Source: Myxococcota bacterium (GTDB taxonomy: Bacteria > Myxococcota > JACRCW01). Taken from it: a DNA stretch of 64,000 bases. The notes beneath the pieces are model-generated. The model had not been told where the DNA came from. It worked only from the letters and a program-made list of their open reading frames with translations, and ran no database searches. The first letter of the stretch is position 1; each line of letters starts with the position of its first letter. Shown in pieces: positions 8,562-18,322 of this stretch. The stretch spans positions 1 to 64,000 of the forward strand of contig JBFMGU010000016.1 in NCBI GenBank assembly GCA_040752415.1, given 5' to 3'. Both the position numbers and the translations under genes were made by a program.

Positions 8562-9833
8562 TCAGTGCCCCGTGGTCGGCGCGGTGCCCTCCGGGAGGGT
8601 CTGCAGCTTCAGGGTGGCAACCGTGCCGCGGCCGGGAGCGGATTCCAGCGTGAAACTGCCGCCAAGCCGCTCCAGCAGCGCCCGCGTGAGGAACAGCCCC
8701 AGCCCCATGCCCCGTCCCGGTGCTTTGGTGGTGAAGAACGGCTCGCCGACGCGGGCCAGGACTTCCGGCGGCATGCCGGGGCCGGAGTCGCGCACCTGCA
8801 CAAGGACCCCACCCGTTGCAGCCCGCGCCCCGAGAACGACCTCCGCGCCCGGCGGCGAGGCCTCCAACGCGTTGCGCACCACCCGACGGAGCGCCTGGGC
8901 CAGCGCCCGCCGCGGCAGGCACAGCCGTATTCCCCGCGCCGCCGGCTCCAGCTCCACGCGCACCCGCGGTCGACCACACAGGTCCGCGAGCGAGGCCTCG
9001 ATGAGCTCCTCCAACGCCACCTGCACCAGGCCCTCACCCGCCTGCTGGCCGGCACCCGCGGCCATCTGGTCCAGGATCGCGCGACACCGATCGACCTCGC
9101 CGCGCATGAGCCGCACGTCCTCCACCGCCCCGCCGTGGAGTTGGCGCTCCAGTTCCCGGGCCACCACCGCGATGGTGGAGAGCGGCGTGGCCAGCTCATG
9201 CGCCGCGCCGGCGGCCAGCGTGCCCAGGGACGCCAACCGCCCCGCCCGCATGGTGGCCACGCGCGTTGCCTCCAGCTCAGCCTCCCGCGCCGAGAGGGCG
9301 CGCGTCACGCGCAGCAGGAAATGGACGATGAACGCCCCGGCCACGCCAAAGGCCACCCACATGCCCCGCAGGTGGAGCTTCATGTGCTCGCCGTGGCCCG
9401 CCTCAGCCAGCGCCAGCTCCCGGTGATCGACGAACAGCACGCCCGAGCAGACCAGCGAGACCAGCATCAGCGCCCACGTCCACCGCGCGCCGAGAACCAC
9501 CGCGGCCAAGGCGATGTGGACGAGGTACATGAACGAGAAGGGGTTGAACGGTCCGCCGGTGAAGTAGAGCAGCCCCGTCAGCACCAGGATGTCCACGCCC
9601 ATCAGGACCGCCAGTTCCCACTCCCGCACCATGCGGCCGCCACGCACGCGCACCACCGCGCCAACGTTGGTCAGCGCGCCCACGCCGAGCAGCCCAAGCA
9701 ACGGAGCCAGCGGCAGCCGCACCTCCATGAGCCGGTCGACGACGAGAATGGTGAGCAGTTGGCCCAGCAACGCACACCACCGCAGGCGGATGAGCCATGA
9801 CAGGTTGATGCGCAGCGCTTCAGAAACCAACAC
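8562..9833 (-). CDS. RegB/PrrB/ActS-family membrane sensor histidine kinase
   Basis: Several TM helices; GGPFNPF (RegB GGxxNPF motif); H-box AAHELATPL; Cys in VDRCRAIL; ATP-lid DSGPGM...PFFTTKAPGRGMGLGL. Confidence 0.93.
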   Translation of the reverse strand: MLVSEALRINLSWLIRLRWCALLGQLLTILVVDRLMEVRLPLAPLLGLLGVGALTNVGAVVRVRGGRMVREWELAVLMGVDILVLTGLLYFTGGPFNPFSFMYLVHIALAAVVLGARWTWALMLVSLVCSGVLFVDHRELALAEAGHGEHMKLHLRGMWVAFGVAGAFIVHFLLRVTRALSAREAELEATRVATMRAGRLASLGTLAAGAAHELATPLSTIAVVARELERQLHGGAVEDVRLMRGEVDRCRAILDQMAAGAGQQAGEGLVQVALEELIEASLADLCGRPRVRVELEPAARGIRLCLPRRALAQALRRVVRNALEASPPGAEVVLGARAATGGVLVQVRDSGPGMPPEVLARVGEPFFTTKAPGRGMGLGLFLTRALLERLGGSFTLESAPGRGTVATLKLQTLPEGTAPTTGH

Positions 9834-10111
9834 GGCGCCAGGCTAACACGCGAGGCTCGGGGAATCCGGGGGATCTGACGTCGTCACCGATGCAGGAATT
9901 GCGCGAAGGATGGCGCGCGGAAGTGGTCCGCCGCGTGCGAACGCCGAGGCAAGGTGGGTGGGCGGAGCGTCGTCGGGCGCGGGGGACGGGGCGACGCGAG
10001 CGATGATCCGCGTGGAGGCGCGTCGAGGGGGACCGCTGGAAACACCACGGCCCGGAGCGTCGGGGGGACGCCCGGGCGGATGGCTGGCCTGGATGGGACG
10101 GTTGCTGCGAC

Positions 10112-10393
10112 TCAGCCGGCGGCGGCGGCAGTCTCAGGGTGCCGCGCGGTCCACCACTCCTTGTAGTGCGCCTCGCACAGACCGTGCTTGTGCACCGGCT
10201 TCTTGCAGTCGGCCTTGCTGCAGATGTCGTAGCGGGCCTTGCCGTACTCACCGCGGCGCCAGTGGCCGTAGTGCGCGTCGCAGTAACCCTTGGCGCGGTA
10301 GGGATTCTTGCAGCCCTCAATCATGCAGCGACGCTCCGCGCGAGCCTTCCGCGCGGCACCACGGGTGCGCTTGGTTGCAGTCTTCTCGGCCAT
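10112..10393 (-). CDS. Small basic protein with two C-x4-C-x9-C-x2-H zinc fingers (myxobacterial 'vegetative protein'-like)
   Basis: CMIEGCKNPYRAKGYCDAHY and CSKADCKKPVHKHGLCEAHY; K/R/A-rich N-terminus; AAGGA upstream. Confidence 0.8.
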   Translation of the reverse strand: MAEKTATKRTRGAARKARAERRCMIEGCKNPYRAKGYCDAHYGHWRRGEYGKARYDICSKADCKKPVHKHGLCEAHYKEWWTARHPETAAAAG

Positions 10394-10950
10394 CTCGGTT
10401 CCTTTGCCGGACCCCTGGGGGGTCGTGAATCAAAAGGGGCCGGCCTCATACTTGCCCCGGCGCCCGCACTCAAGCGCCAAAGTGACGGGACGTGAGCTGC
10501 ACACCCTCCGAGGGTTCCGGATCAGCACCGCTGCCAGGAAAATCGGCAGCCGCGCCGGACGAATGCCTGAGCCGTGGCTACAACACCCTTGACGCGGGCG
10601 CGCACGCCCCACCGCGCAGCGCGCGCCCACGGTCCGTCCCCAAGCTCCCCCTCGGGGCGCCCACGACGAGCCCAGGCCGCCGGAAGGACCCACGGCAGCC
10701 CGCGTCCCCGCTCACCCGCAGGACCCCGGCAGTCCCCACGCGCGCGGAGAAAGGTTCAACCCTGGGCAGCAATGGCGGAGGCCAGGCCCCCGCATGGTAT
10801 GCCCCCGAGCACGGCGTCCCCCACCAGGCCACGTCGGTGATGGACCGAAGCCCCGGAGCTCCGGCCCAGATCACGCGAAGCGTGCACATCCTGCCGGTTC
10901 TGCCTACCTTCCGTGGTTAGAACCCCCGTGTCGCACGCGAGCGAGAGTGA

Positions 10951-11268
10951 ATGTCCACCGAGAAGAAGGGTCTGGAGCAAGGTGACGTTGCTACCAAGGA
11001 GCGTACCCGACTCAAAAAGCCCAGGAATTACAAGGTCCTGCTGCATAACGACGATTTCACCACACAGGAGTTCGTGGTGCTGGTGCTGATGCGGTTCTTC
11101 CGTAAAACACAGACGGAGGCCACGCAGATCATGCTGCAGGTCCATCACGAGGGTGTGGGAGTCTGCGGAGTGTTCACCCACGAGGTTGCGGAACTCAAAG
11201 TCGCGCAGGTCAGCGAGTTTGCCAGGGACAACGGCTACCCGCTCAAGTGCACCATGGAACCAGAATGA
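10951..11268 (+). CDS. clpS: ATP-dependent Clp protease adaptor ClpS
   Basis: YKVLLHNDDFTTQEFVV...IMLQVHHEGVGVCGVF...YPLKCTMEPE; directly upstream of clpA. Confidence 0.97.
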   Translation: MSTEKKGLEQGDVATKERTRLKKPRNYKVLLHNDDFTTQEFVVLVLMRFFRKTQTEATQIMLQVHHEGVGVCGVFTHEVAELKVAQVSEFARDNGYPLKCTMEPE

Positions 11269-13616
11269 AACTCGCCCCCGAGCTTGAAATCAGCCTTCAG
11301 GTGGCCGTCAATGAGGCGGCCCTCCGACGTCACGAGGTGGTCACGCTGGAGCACCTGCTGTACGCGCTCCTGCATGACGACCCCACGGCCAAGGTCATCC
11401 GCCACAGCGGCGGCAACGTGGCTGCGCTGAAGAAGCAGTTGGATGAGTTCCTCAGCACGCAGCTGACCAGCCTCCCGGAAGACGAGGCCGTGCAACCCAC
11501 ACCCACGCCTGCGTTCCAGCGCGTGCTCCAGCGGGCCATCATCCAGGTCCAGAGCGCCGGCAAGGAGGTGGTCAAGGGCCACAACGTGCTGGTGTCCATG
11601 TTCGCGGAGCGGGAGAGCCACGCGGCGTACCTGCTGGAGAAGTCCGGGGCCTCCCGCCTGGACGTGCTCAAGTACATCAGCCACGGCGTGACCAAGTACC
11701 CGGGCACCGACGAGAACAGCACGCCACCGGCCACCGAGAACGACCGGCAGCAGCAGACCGGGAGCGTGGAGACCGAGGCGGAGGAGGACCCCGCGGCCGG
11801 TCAGGACCCGCTGGCGGCCTTCTGCGTGGACCTCAACGCGCAGGCGGCGCGGGGAACCATTGACCCGTTGGTGGGTCGCGCCAAGGAGATTGAGCGGACG
11901 GTGCTCATCCTGGCGCGACGGAAGAAGAACAACCCGCTGTTCGTGGGTGACGCCGGCGTGGGCAAGACCGCGTTGGCGGAAGGCCTGGCGCTCAAGATCC
12001 ACCGCGGGGAGGTGCCGGACAGCCTCAAGAACGCGCGCGTCTACAACCTGGACATGGGCGCGCTGGTGGCGGGCACGCGCTACCGCGGTGACTTCGAGAA
12101 CCGGCTGAAGGCAGTGCTGAAGGCGCTGCAGAAGCAGGAGAACGCCATCCTCTTCATCGACGAGATCCACACCATCATCGGTGCGGGCGGGACGAGCGAA
12201 GGGGCCATGGACGCGTCCAACCTGCTGAAGCCCGCGCTGGCCAGCGGGAAGCTGCGCTGCATCGGCTCCACGACGTTCCAGGACTACCGGACGCGGTTTG
12301 AGCGGGACCGGGCGCTGGTGCGTCGCTTCCAGAAGGTGGAGGTGGGCGAGCCCACGGTGAAGGAGACCATCCAGATCCTGAAGGGCCTCAAGAAGCACTA
12401 CGAGGACTTCCACGGCGTGGAATACAGCTTTGGCGCCCTCAAGGCGGCGGCGGAGCTCAGCAACCGTCACCTCCAGGACCGCAAGCTGCCGGACAAGGCC
12501 ATTGACCTCGTCGACGAGGCGGGCGCGGCGGTGAAGCTGAAGGCGCACCAGGACGGCGGTGAGCGGCTGGTGAAGGCCAAGCACATTGAGGCGGTGGTGG
12601 CGCGCATGGCGCAGATCCCCGCCAAGCAGGTCAACGCCCAGGACAAGACGGTGCTGCAGAACCTGGAGACGGACCTCAAGAAGCTCATCTTCGGGCAGGA
12701 GGAGGCGCTCACGCAGCTGGCCACGGCAATCAAGATGTCGCGCGCCGGGCTGGGCAATCCCAACAAGCCCATTGGCAGCTTCCTGTTCACCGGCCCCACC
12801 GGCGTGGGCAAGACGGAAGTGGCCAAGGTACTGGCCAAGACGCTGGGCATTGCCTTCATCCGCTTTGACATGAGCGAGTACATGGAGGCGCACACGGTGA
12901 GCCGCCTGATTGGCTCTCCGCCGGGGTACGTGGGCTTTGACCGCGGCGGCCTGCTCACCGACGCCGTGACCAAGACGCCGCACGCGGTGCTGCTCCTGGA
13001 CGAGATCGAGAAGGCGCACCCGGACATCTACAACATCCTGCTGCAGGTCATGGACCACGGGACGTTGACGGACGCGCAGGGCAAGCCGGCGGACTTCCGG
13101 CACGTGATCCTGATCATGACCAGCAACGTGGGAGCGCGGGAGATGGCCGCACGCAAGCTGGGCTTTGGTGAGAGCCCGTTGCCGGTGGGCGAGGACGAGA
13201 AGGCCTTCAAGCGCTTCTTCAGCCCGGAGTTCCGCAACCGGCTGGACGCGAAGATCGGGTTTGCGCCGCTGACGCCGGAAATCATGCAGCGGATTGTGCT
13301 GAAGTTCGTCAACGAGCTGAGCGACCAGCTGCGCGCGCGCAGGGTCACCATCGAGCTGACGGACGCGGCCAAGGAGTACCTGGCCAAGAAGGGCTACGAC
13401 CCGCAGAACGGTGCTCGCCCCATGGGTCGGCTGATCCACCAGGAGGTCAAGAAGCCGCTCACCGACGAGCTGCTCTTTGGCAAGCTGGAACACGGCGGCA
13501 AGGTCACGGTGGACGCCAAGGACGACAAGCTCGTCTTCGACATCGCCGCGGCGCCCCCGCCGGAGCCCGCGGAAAAGCAGCCGCGAAAGAGGCTTCCGAC
13601 CCCGCCCGTGGTGTGA
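11265..13616 (+). CDS. clpA: ATP-dependent Clp protease ATP-binding subunit ClpA
   Basis: Clp N-domain; two AAA+ modules (GDAGVGKT/LFIDEIH and GPTGVGKT/LLLDEIEKAH); no ClpB middle domain; ATGA overlap with clpS places the start at 11265. Confidence 0.96.
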   Translation: MKLAPELEISLQVAVNEAALRRHEVVTLEHLLYALLHDDPTAKVIRHSGGNVAALKKQLDEFLSTQLTSLPEDEAVQPTPTPAFQRVLQRAIIQVQSAGKEVVKGHNVLVSMFAERESHAAYLLEKSGASRLDVLKYISHGVTKYPGTDENSTPPATENDRQQQTGSVETEAEEDPAAGQDPLAAFCVDLNAQAARGTIDPLVGRAKEIERTVLILARRKKNNPLFVGDAGVGKTALAEGLALKIHRGEVPDSLKNARVYNLDMGALVAGTRYRGDFENRLKAVLKALQKQENAILFIDEIHTIIGAGGTSEGAMDASNLLKPALASGKLRCIGSTTFQDYRTRFERDRALVRRFQKVEVGEPTVKETIQILKGLKKHYEDFHGVEYSFGALKAAAELSNRHLQDRKLPDKAIDLVDEAGAAVKLKAHQDGGERLVKAKHIEAVVARMAQIPAKQVNAQDKTVLQNLETDLKKLIFGQEEALTQLATAIKMSRAGLGNPNKPIGSFLFTGPTGVGKTEVAKVLAKTLGIAFIRFDMSEYMEAHTVSRLIGSPPGYVGFDRGGLLTDAVTKTPHAVLLLDEIEKAHPDIYNILLQVMDHGTLTDAQGKPADFRHVILIMTSNVGAREMAARKLGFGESPLPVGEDEKAFKRFFSPEFRNRLDAKIGFAPLTPEIMQRIVLKFVNELSDQLRARRVTIELTDAAKEYLAKKGYDPQNGARPMGRLIHQEVKKPLTDELLFGKLEHGGKVTVDAKDDKLVFDIAAAPPPEPAEKQPRKRLPTPPVV

Positions 13617-13637
13617 CCGAGGGGACACGAGCACACG

Positions 13638-13671
13638 AGAGAGCCCGGCCGACGAGCCGGGTTTTCTTTTT
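13638..13671 (+). terminator. Rho-independent terminator after clpA
   Basis: Stem agagagcccggc / gccgggttttct followed by a T-run. Confidence 0.8.
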
Positions 13672-13701
13672 GGGGCTGTTCGCGCGTGGTGCGGCGAACC
13701 A

Positions 13702-14721
13702 TCAACGCACGCGGATGACCACCTTGCCGCGCGCGCGCCCGGTCTCGACGTAGGCCAGGGCCTTGGGCGTCTCCTCGAAGGAGAACACCTTGTCCACCAC
13801 CGGCCGGATGATGCCGCGCTCAATCAGCTCCGCAATGCGCGCCAGCTGCTCGCCGTTCGGCCGCATGAAGAGGAAACGGTAGTCGACGTCGTGGGCGCGG
13901 CTCAGGCGCCAGGTCCCGAGGTTGAGCAATCCAAACAGCGCCACCCAACCCATGCCCATCTTCGTCTCACGCGCGTAGGCGGCGGTGGGCAGGTTGGTGA
14001 CGGTGATCAGCATCCCGCCCCGACGCATCACCTGGAACGTCTTCCGACACGTCTCCCCGCCGAGGGAATCCAGGGCCACGTCCACGTCGCGCAGCTCCTG
14101 CTCAAAGCGCTGGTGCCGGTAGTCCACCACGACGTCCGCGCCCAGCCGGCGCACCATCTCCACGTTGGGCGTGGAACACGTGGCGCTCACCGTGGCGCCG
14201 AGATGCTTGGCCAGCTGGATGGCAAAGGTGCCCAGCCCGCCGCTGCCGGCGTGGATGAGCACGTGGTGCCCGCGCGTGACCGAGCCCAGGTCCACCAGGG
14301 CCTGCCACGCCGTCAGCCCCACCAGCGGAATGCTGGCCGCCTCCTGGTGCGAGAGGTTGCGCGGCTTGAGCGCCACGTCCTGCTGGCGCGCCAGCACGAA
14401 CTCCGCAAACGCGCCAATGCGCCGCTTGTCCAGGCGGACGTAGACCTCTTCGCCGGGGCGGTAGGCGCGGACTTCCGAGCCCACGTCGACGATGACGCCG
14501 GAAAGGTCATTGCCCAACACCAGCGGGAACGCGTAGGGCAACAACACCCGCGCCCCGCCGTCACGAATCTTGAAGTCCACCGGGTTCACGCTGGCGGCGT
14601 GCACCTCGATGAGGACGTCCTCGGGCCCGGGCTGGGGTCTGGGCAGCTCCATGGCCTGCACCAGGTCATTCCCGCCGTAGCGGGAGATGCCGAACGCCTT
14701 CATGGTGTGCGCAACGTCCAT
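13702..14721 (-). CDS. NADP-dependent oxidoreductase (MDR/quinone reductase-like)
   Basis: AASVNPVDFK, PLVLGNDLSG, PLVGLTAWQAL, VLIHAGSGGLG, GRARGKVVI. Confidence 0.92.
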   Translation of the reverse strand: MDVAHTMKAFGISRYGGNDLVQAMELPRPQPGPEDVLIEVHAASVNPVDFKIRDGGARVLLPYAFPLVLGNDLSGVIVDVGSEVRAYRPGEEVYVRLDKRRIGAFAEFVLARQQDVALKPRNLSHQEAASIPLVGLTAWQALVDLGSVTRGHHVLIHAGSGGLGTFAIQLAKHLGATVSATCSTPNVEMVRRLGADVVVDYRHQRFEQELRDVDVALDSLGGETCRKTFQVMRRGGMLITVTNLPTAAYARETKMGMGWVALFGLLNLGTWRLSRAHDVDYRFLFMRPNGEQLARIAELIERGIIRPVVDKVFSFEETPKALAYVETGRARGKVVIRVR

Positions 14722-15077
14722 GCCGCCCCGCGATGTTGGTCGAGGCTAAACCGCAGCGCGCGGGTAGCGCCAGAGCCTCCCGCGGCACGTGCCCGCGGTC
14801 AGAACGCGCTCGTGCGTCGGCTTGATCGCAATCACACCGGGGCTGGGCGTGTTGGCGTGTGGCCCCGCGTTCGCTCTCACGGAGGCCCGCGGGTTCGACC
14901 ATGAGGTCTCCCTCTCCGACTCGTACAACCCGTACGTCCTCCCCGAGGACAGGCCCGGAGTCGCAAGGGTGTTAGGAACGGCACGGCACACGCTGCGAGC
15001 GCGCTCGGACACCTCTGACGCACCGCGAAATCAAGGACTTAGCCCCCCACGGCATAGGACGCCTGACGGATGCCACC

Positions 15078-15093
15078 TGGCACGCGCTCTGCT
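15078..15093 (+). promoter_or_regulatory. Sigma54-type -24/-12 promoter candidate for the PAD gene
   Basis: TGGCACGcgctCTGCT, with GG-N10-GC spacing, ending about 20-25 bp before ATG 15112/15118. Confidence 0.55.
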
Positions 15094-15117
15094 TCGCTCA
15101 CGGCCACAGGGATGCCC

Positions 15118-16938
15118 ATGAAAAAAGCACATCACAGCGTTCTCGCCTCGGGTGTTGCGTGGTTCTTGATGCAGGGCTGCCAGTTTGCGCTGGTGCAGCC
15201 GATGGTGGAGCAGCAGCAGGGTGAGTCTCCGCCGGAGCAGCCACCCGACCCGCCGCCGGTGATCGTGGACCTGGTGGCGGACAACAACCGCAACGGCGTG
15301 CTGGATGAGGAACCCACCGAGGAGGCCGGTGAGGAGACCTGGTCGCACGAGCACGGCGCGGTGTTCCTGTCCAACCTGGATGACGACGATGACAACGGCG
15401 TGGACGCGCACGACACGTTCGTCAACGGCAACGCCGACATCACCGACCTGGCGCCGGTCATGGTGCGCGCCTGGCCGGACGTGCCCGCCGACGCCACCGG
15501 CACCCTGGTGGTGACCGCCAGCGACACCGGCGCGTTCAACCTGTTCAAGGTGACCGGCGTGGACACCGACCCGCAGGCCTACGCGTTCGTGGAAGACGCC
15601 AGCAACGTGCCGCTCACCGCCGAGGAGATTCGGGCCGGGGTCCGCTTTGCGCTGGAGGCCACGGACCTGGTCACCTCCACGAGCGAGGAAGCGTGGGACG
15701 GCCACGTGACCGCCACGCTCACCATCCGTGACGCGCAGCAGGCGGTGATTGGCACCGACGAGGTGCAGCTCCGCGTGGCGCCGGTGATCTTCCAGTACAA
15801 CACGCTGGAAGCCGACACGATCTTCTACAGCGACCTGGGACCGGAGAGCGCGCCGCTGCTGGACGGCCTGGACGCGCTCGTCGACGGGCAGAGCTTCTTC
15901 CACGAGGGGCTGGACGTCTCCGACTACGAGTACGACCAGTGGGCGCAGGACTTCTTTGACATGGGCCAGATGTACCGCCCGGGTGCCAACGGCGTGATGC
16001 ACGGCATGCGGGTGGCGGTCCGCTCCGCGCAGCCGGATCGTCGGGCGGGACGTCTGGCGCAGGCCATGCTCGGCCCCGACGTGGCGACGCTGTACGTGCG
16101 CGACCGGAGCTTTGACCCGTGGACGCATGGCTACAGCATGAACTCGTTTGGCAACTGGGACGTGGTGCCGCCGTACACGAATGGCACCGAGAGCTATCCG
16201 GCGGGTCGCAACATCTGGGGCGCGGGCAGCACCGAGGAGGAGATGCCCGACGGCCTCTACGTGGACATGGTGCGCGCGCAGCGGGTGCAGCCGGAGATCG
16301 TCGTCGACACGTCGTGGCTCTCGGTGGGGCACGTGGACGAGGTGATGTCCTTTGTGAAGACCAACACGCCGCGCGGCTGGGGTTTGCTGCTGGGCTCCAC
16401 CACGCTGGCGCGTGACATGCTGCAGCGCCTCAAGGACGAGGGCCACGGCGACGTGCCGATGTTCGTGGGCAAGAGCTGGGTGGAGCAAGAGGGCTGGAGC
16501 ATGCGCGAGGTCCCCGCGGAAGTGACCGTGTCCGAGGCGCTGGCCGACGCGGACCTGATGGCGGAGAGCCAGGAGTCGCAGATCCACATTGACGAGGTGC
16601 GCGAGGTTCTCGTCGAGGAAATCGGGCTGGCCGACGAGGAGATCACGCTCATGCCGTTCCTGATGGAGCGCACCTGGGGCGCCTCCGGCGCGTACCAGCC
16701 GGGCACGGTGAACCTGCTGCACGCCAATGGCCGCGTGGTCATCCCGGACCCGTTTGGTCCCGAGCTGAACGGCGAGGACGTCTTCAAGGCCGACCTGCGC
16801 ACCCGCCTGGGCGCGCTGGGGCTGACGGTGATGTTCGCGGATGACTGGGACCTGTATCACCGGCTGGGTGGTGAGGTTCACTGCGGTACGAACGCTGCGC
16901 GCCGCATGGAAGCGGCCTGGTGGGTGGCCCCATGGTGA
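15118..16938 (+). CDS. Protein-arginine deiminase (PAD family), predicted lipoprotein
   Basis: PAD catalytic motifs DQWAQD, VGHVDE and GGEVHCGTN; middle-domain GAVFLSNLDDDD; lipobox-like LMQGC after a basic N-terminus. Confidence 0.88.
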   Translation: MKKAHHSVLASGVAWFLMQGCQFALVQPMVEQQQGESPPEQPPDPPPVIVDLVADNNRNGVLDEEPTEEAGEETWSHEHGAVFLSNLDDDDDNGVDAHDTFVNGNADITDLAPVMVRAWPDVPADATGTLVVTASDTGAFNLFKVTGVDTDPQAYAFVEDASNVPLTAEEIRAGVRFALEATDLVTSTSEEAWDGHVTATLTIRDAQQAVIGTDEVQLRVAPVIFQYNTLEADTIFYSDLGPESAPLLDGLDALVDGQSFFHEGLDVSDYEYDQWAQDFFDMGQMYRPGANGVMHGMRVAVRSAQPDRRAGRLAQAMLGPDVATLYVRDRSFDPWTHGYSMNSFGNWDVVPPYTNGTESYPAGRNIWGAGSTEEEMPDGLYVDMVRAQRVQPEIVVDTSWLSVGHVDEVMSFVKTNTPRGWGLLLGSTTLARDMLQRLKDEGHGDVPMFVGKSWVEQEGWSMREVPAEVTVSEALADADLMAESQESQIHIDEVREVLVEEIGLADEEITLMPFLMERTWGASGAYQPGTVNLLHANGRVVIPDPFGPELNGEDVFKADLRTRLGALGLTVMFADDWDLYHRLGGEVHCGTNAARRMEAAWWVAPW

Positions 16939-16964
16939 CGACGAAGATCACGGGAGAGCGCATC

Positions 16965-17855
16965 ATGAAAGGCTTGGCGCTGGGTCTGGTGTTGGGCGCG
17001 CAGGTGACGGTGTCGACGGTGCACGCCGCCGGCGACGCCTTCTCCACGCTGCGCACCGCGGTGCAGCAGGACCGCAAGCAGAACGAGGAAGCCTTCCTCC
17101 GCCTGGAGAGCCTGCGCATGAAGGTGGAGGCCGGCGCGCCGCCGTGGGAGCGACGGAGCGGGGTCACGCGTCAGATCCGCGCGCTGGGCCCTTCCGCGGT
17201 GATGCCGGCGCTGGCCCTGCTCTCCTACGACGAGGAGAAGCTGGCGAAGATGACCGACATGGGTCGCGTCATGTTCACGGTGGGTCTGCTGGAGCTGCTC
17301 CGCCAGGTGAAGGATCCGCGCGGTGCGCAGGTGCTCCGCCACGTCATGGAGAAGACGGGACAGCACGCCATGATCACGCAAACCGCCGCGGAGGCGCTGG
17401 GTGCGCTGTGTCGTGGCGAGGACGTGGGCTACCTGGCGGGCCACGTGCGTGCCGGTGGGGCGCTGCTGAAGCCGGCGCTGATGGGGCTGGGTTACTGTCG
17501 CAGCGGCGCTTCCGCCGACGTGCTGCTGGGCCAGCTGACCGCGAGCAACGACGAGGTCCGCGCCACCGCCGCCGACGCGCTGGGCTGGCTGGGCTCGCGC
17601 TGGGCGTGGGAGGCCAAGGGTCCCGCCGCGCAAGCGGAAGGCGACGCGCTGCGGGCGCGCATCACCGAAGCACTGGTTCCCGCGTACCTGGGCTCCAGCA
17701 AGGAGACGCGCGTGCGTTTCCGTCGGGCCATCCTGATGGTGGACCACCCCGCGGCCACGACGATGCTCACGGGAGTCACGCTCACCGACGCGCCGGCGCA
17801 GCACGACGTGGAGAAGCTGCGGTCCGCGCTCCGTCGTTCCGAAGCACGCCACTGA
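16965..17855 (+). CDS. Exported HEAT-repeat protein
   Basis: Signal peptide MKGLALGLVLGAQVTVSTVHAA; HEAT-like TAAEALGAL and EVRATAADALGWLG; GGAGAG upstream. Confidence 0.7.
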   Translation: MKGLALGLVLGAQVTVSTVHAAGDAFSTLRTAVQQDRKQNEEAFLRLESLRMKVEAGAPPWERRSGVTRQIRALGPSAVMPALALLSYDEEKLAKMTDMGRVMFTVGLLELLRQVKDPRGAQVLRHVMEKTGQHAMITQTAAEALGALCRGEDVGYLAGHVRAGGALLKPALMGLGYCRSGASADVLLGQLTASNDEVRATAADALGWLGSRWAWEAKGPAAQAEGDALRARITEALVPAYLGSSKETRVRFRRAILMVDHPAATTMLTGVTLTDAPAQHDVEKLRSALRRSEARH

Positions 17856-18251
17856 TCACGGCTTGCGCCACACCGGGCGAGCTCCCCGGTCATCCCGCGC
17901 GCCGTCCCTCAGCCAACCGAGAAGCTGGCACTTCTCCCTCGTGGTCAGCCAACTGCGACGGATGAACCCGTCCAGGTCCGCCAGCAGCGTGTCCGGTCGG
18001 TCCGTGCTGAACGGGTAGCTGCTGGACTCGAAGATGCGCTGGGCGCGGAGGTTGTCGCTGCGCGCGGAGTGATGACAGCGGTTGCAGCGCGCGTCAAAGA
18101 CCGGTTCCACGTCGTGGTAGGTCACGACCTTCTCGCCCGGCAGCTCACACGCGAGGTCCAGGCCCAGTGGCGGGAGCGGCAACGCGGTCCGTTGCACCCA
18201 CGTGCACGACGCCAGAAGCACGGCCACCATCGCCACCACGAGCCGGAGCAT
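17856..18251 (-). CDS. Small lipoprotein with one CxxCH (cytochrome c-like)
   Basis: Lipobox LLASC; VTYHDVEPVFDARCNRCH; C-terminal LLGWLRDGA. Confidence 0.7.
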   Translation of the reverse strand: MLRLVVAMVAVLLASCTWVQRTALPLPPLGLDLACELPGEKVVTYHDVEPVFDARCNRCHHSARSDNLRAQRIFESSSYPFSTDRPDTLLADLDGFIRRSWLTTREKCQLLGWLRDGARDDRGARPVWRKP

Positions 18252-18322
18252 GCGCCAGCAGCGTCCCGGCCCATGGTGGAGCTGTCAAGAGAGCCGGCGT
18301 CGGGTATGGCTGGCGCCGACCG

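Noticed and set aside
11235..13823. 862-aa minus-strand ORF
   Set aside because: Antisense shadow of clpA.
14789..15121. 110-aa ORF upstream of PAD
   Set aside because: No clear RBS or motif, and it overlaps the putative sigma54 promoter; possibly a remnant but unsupported.
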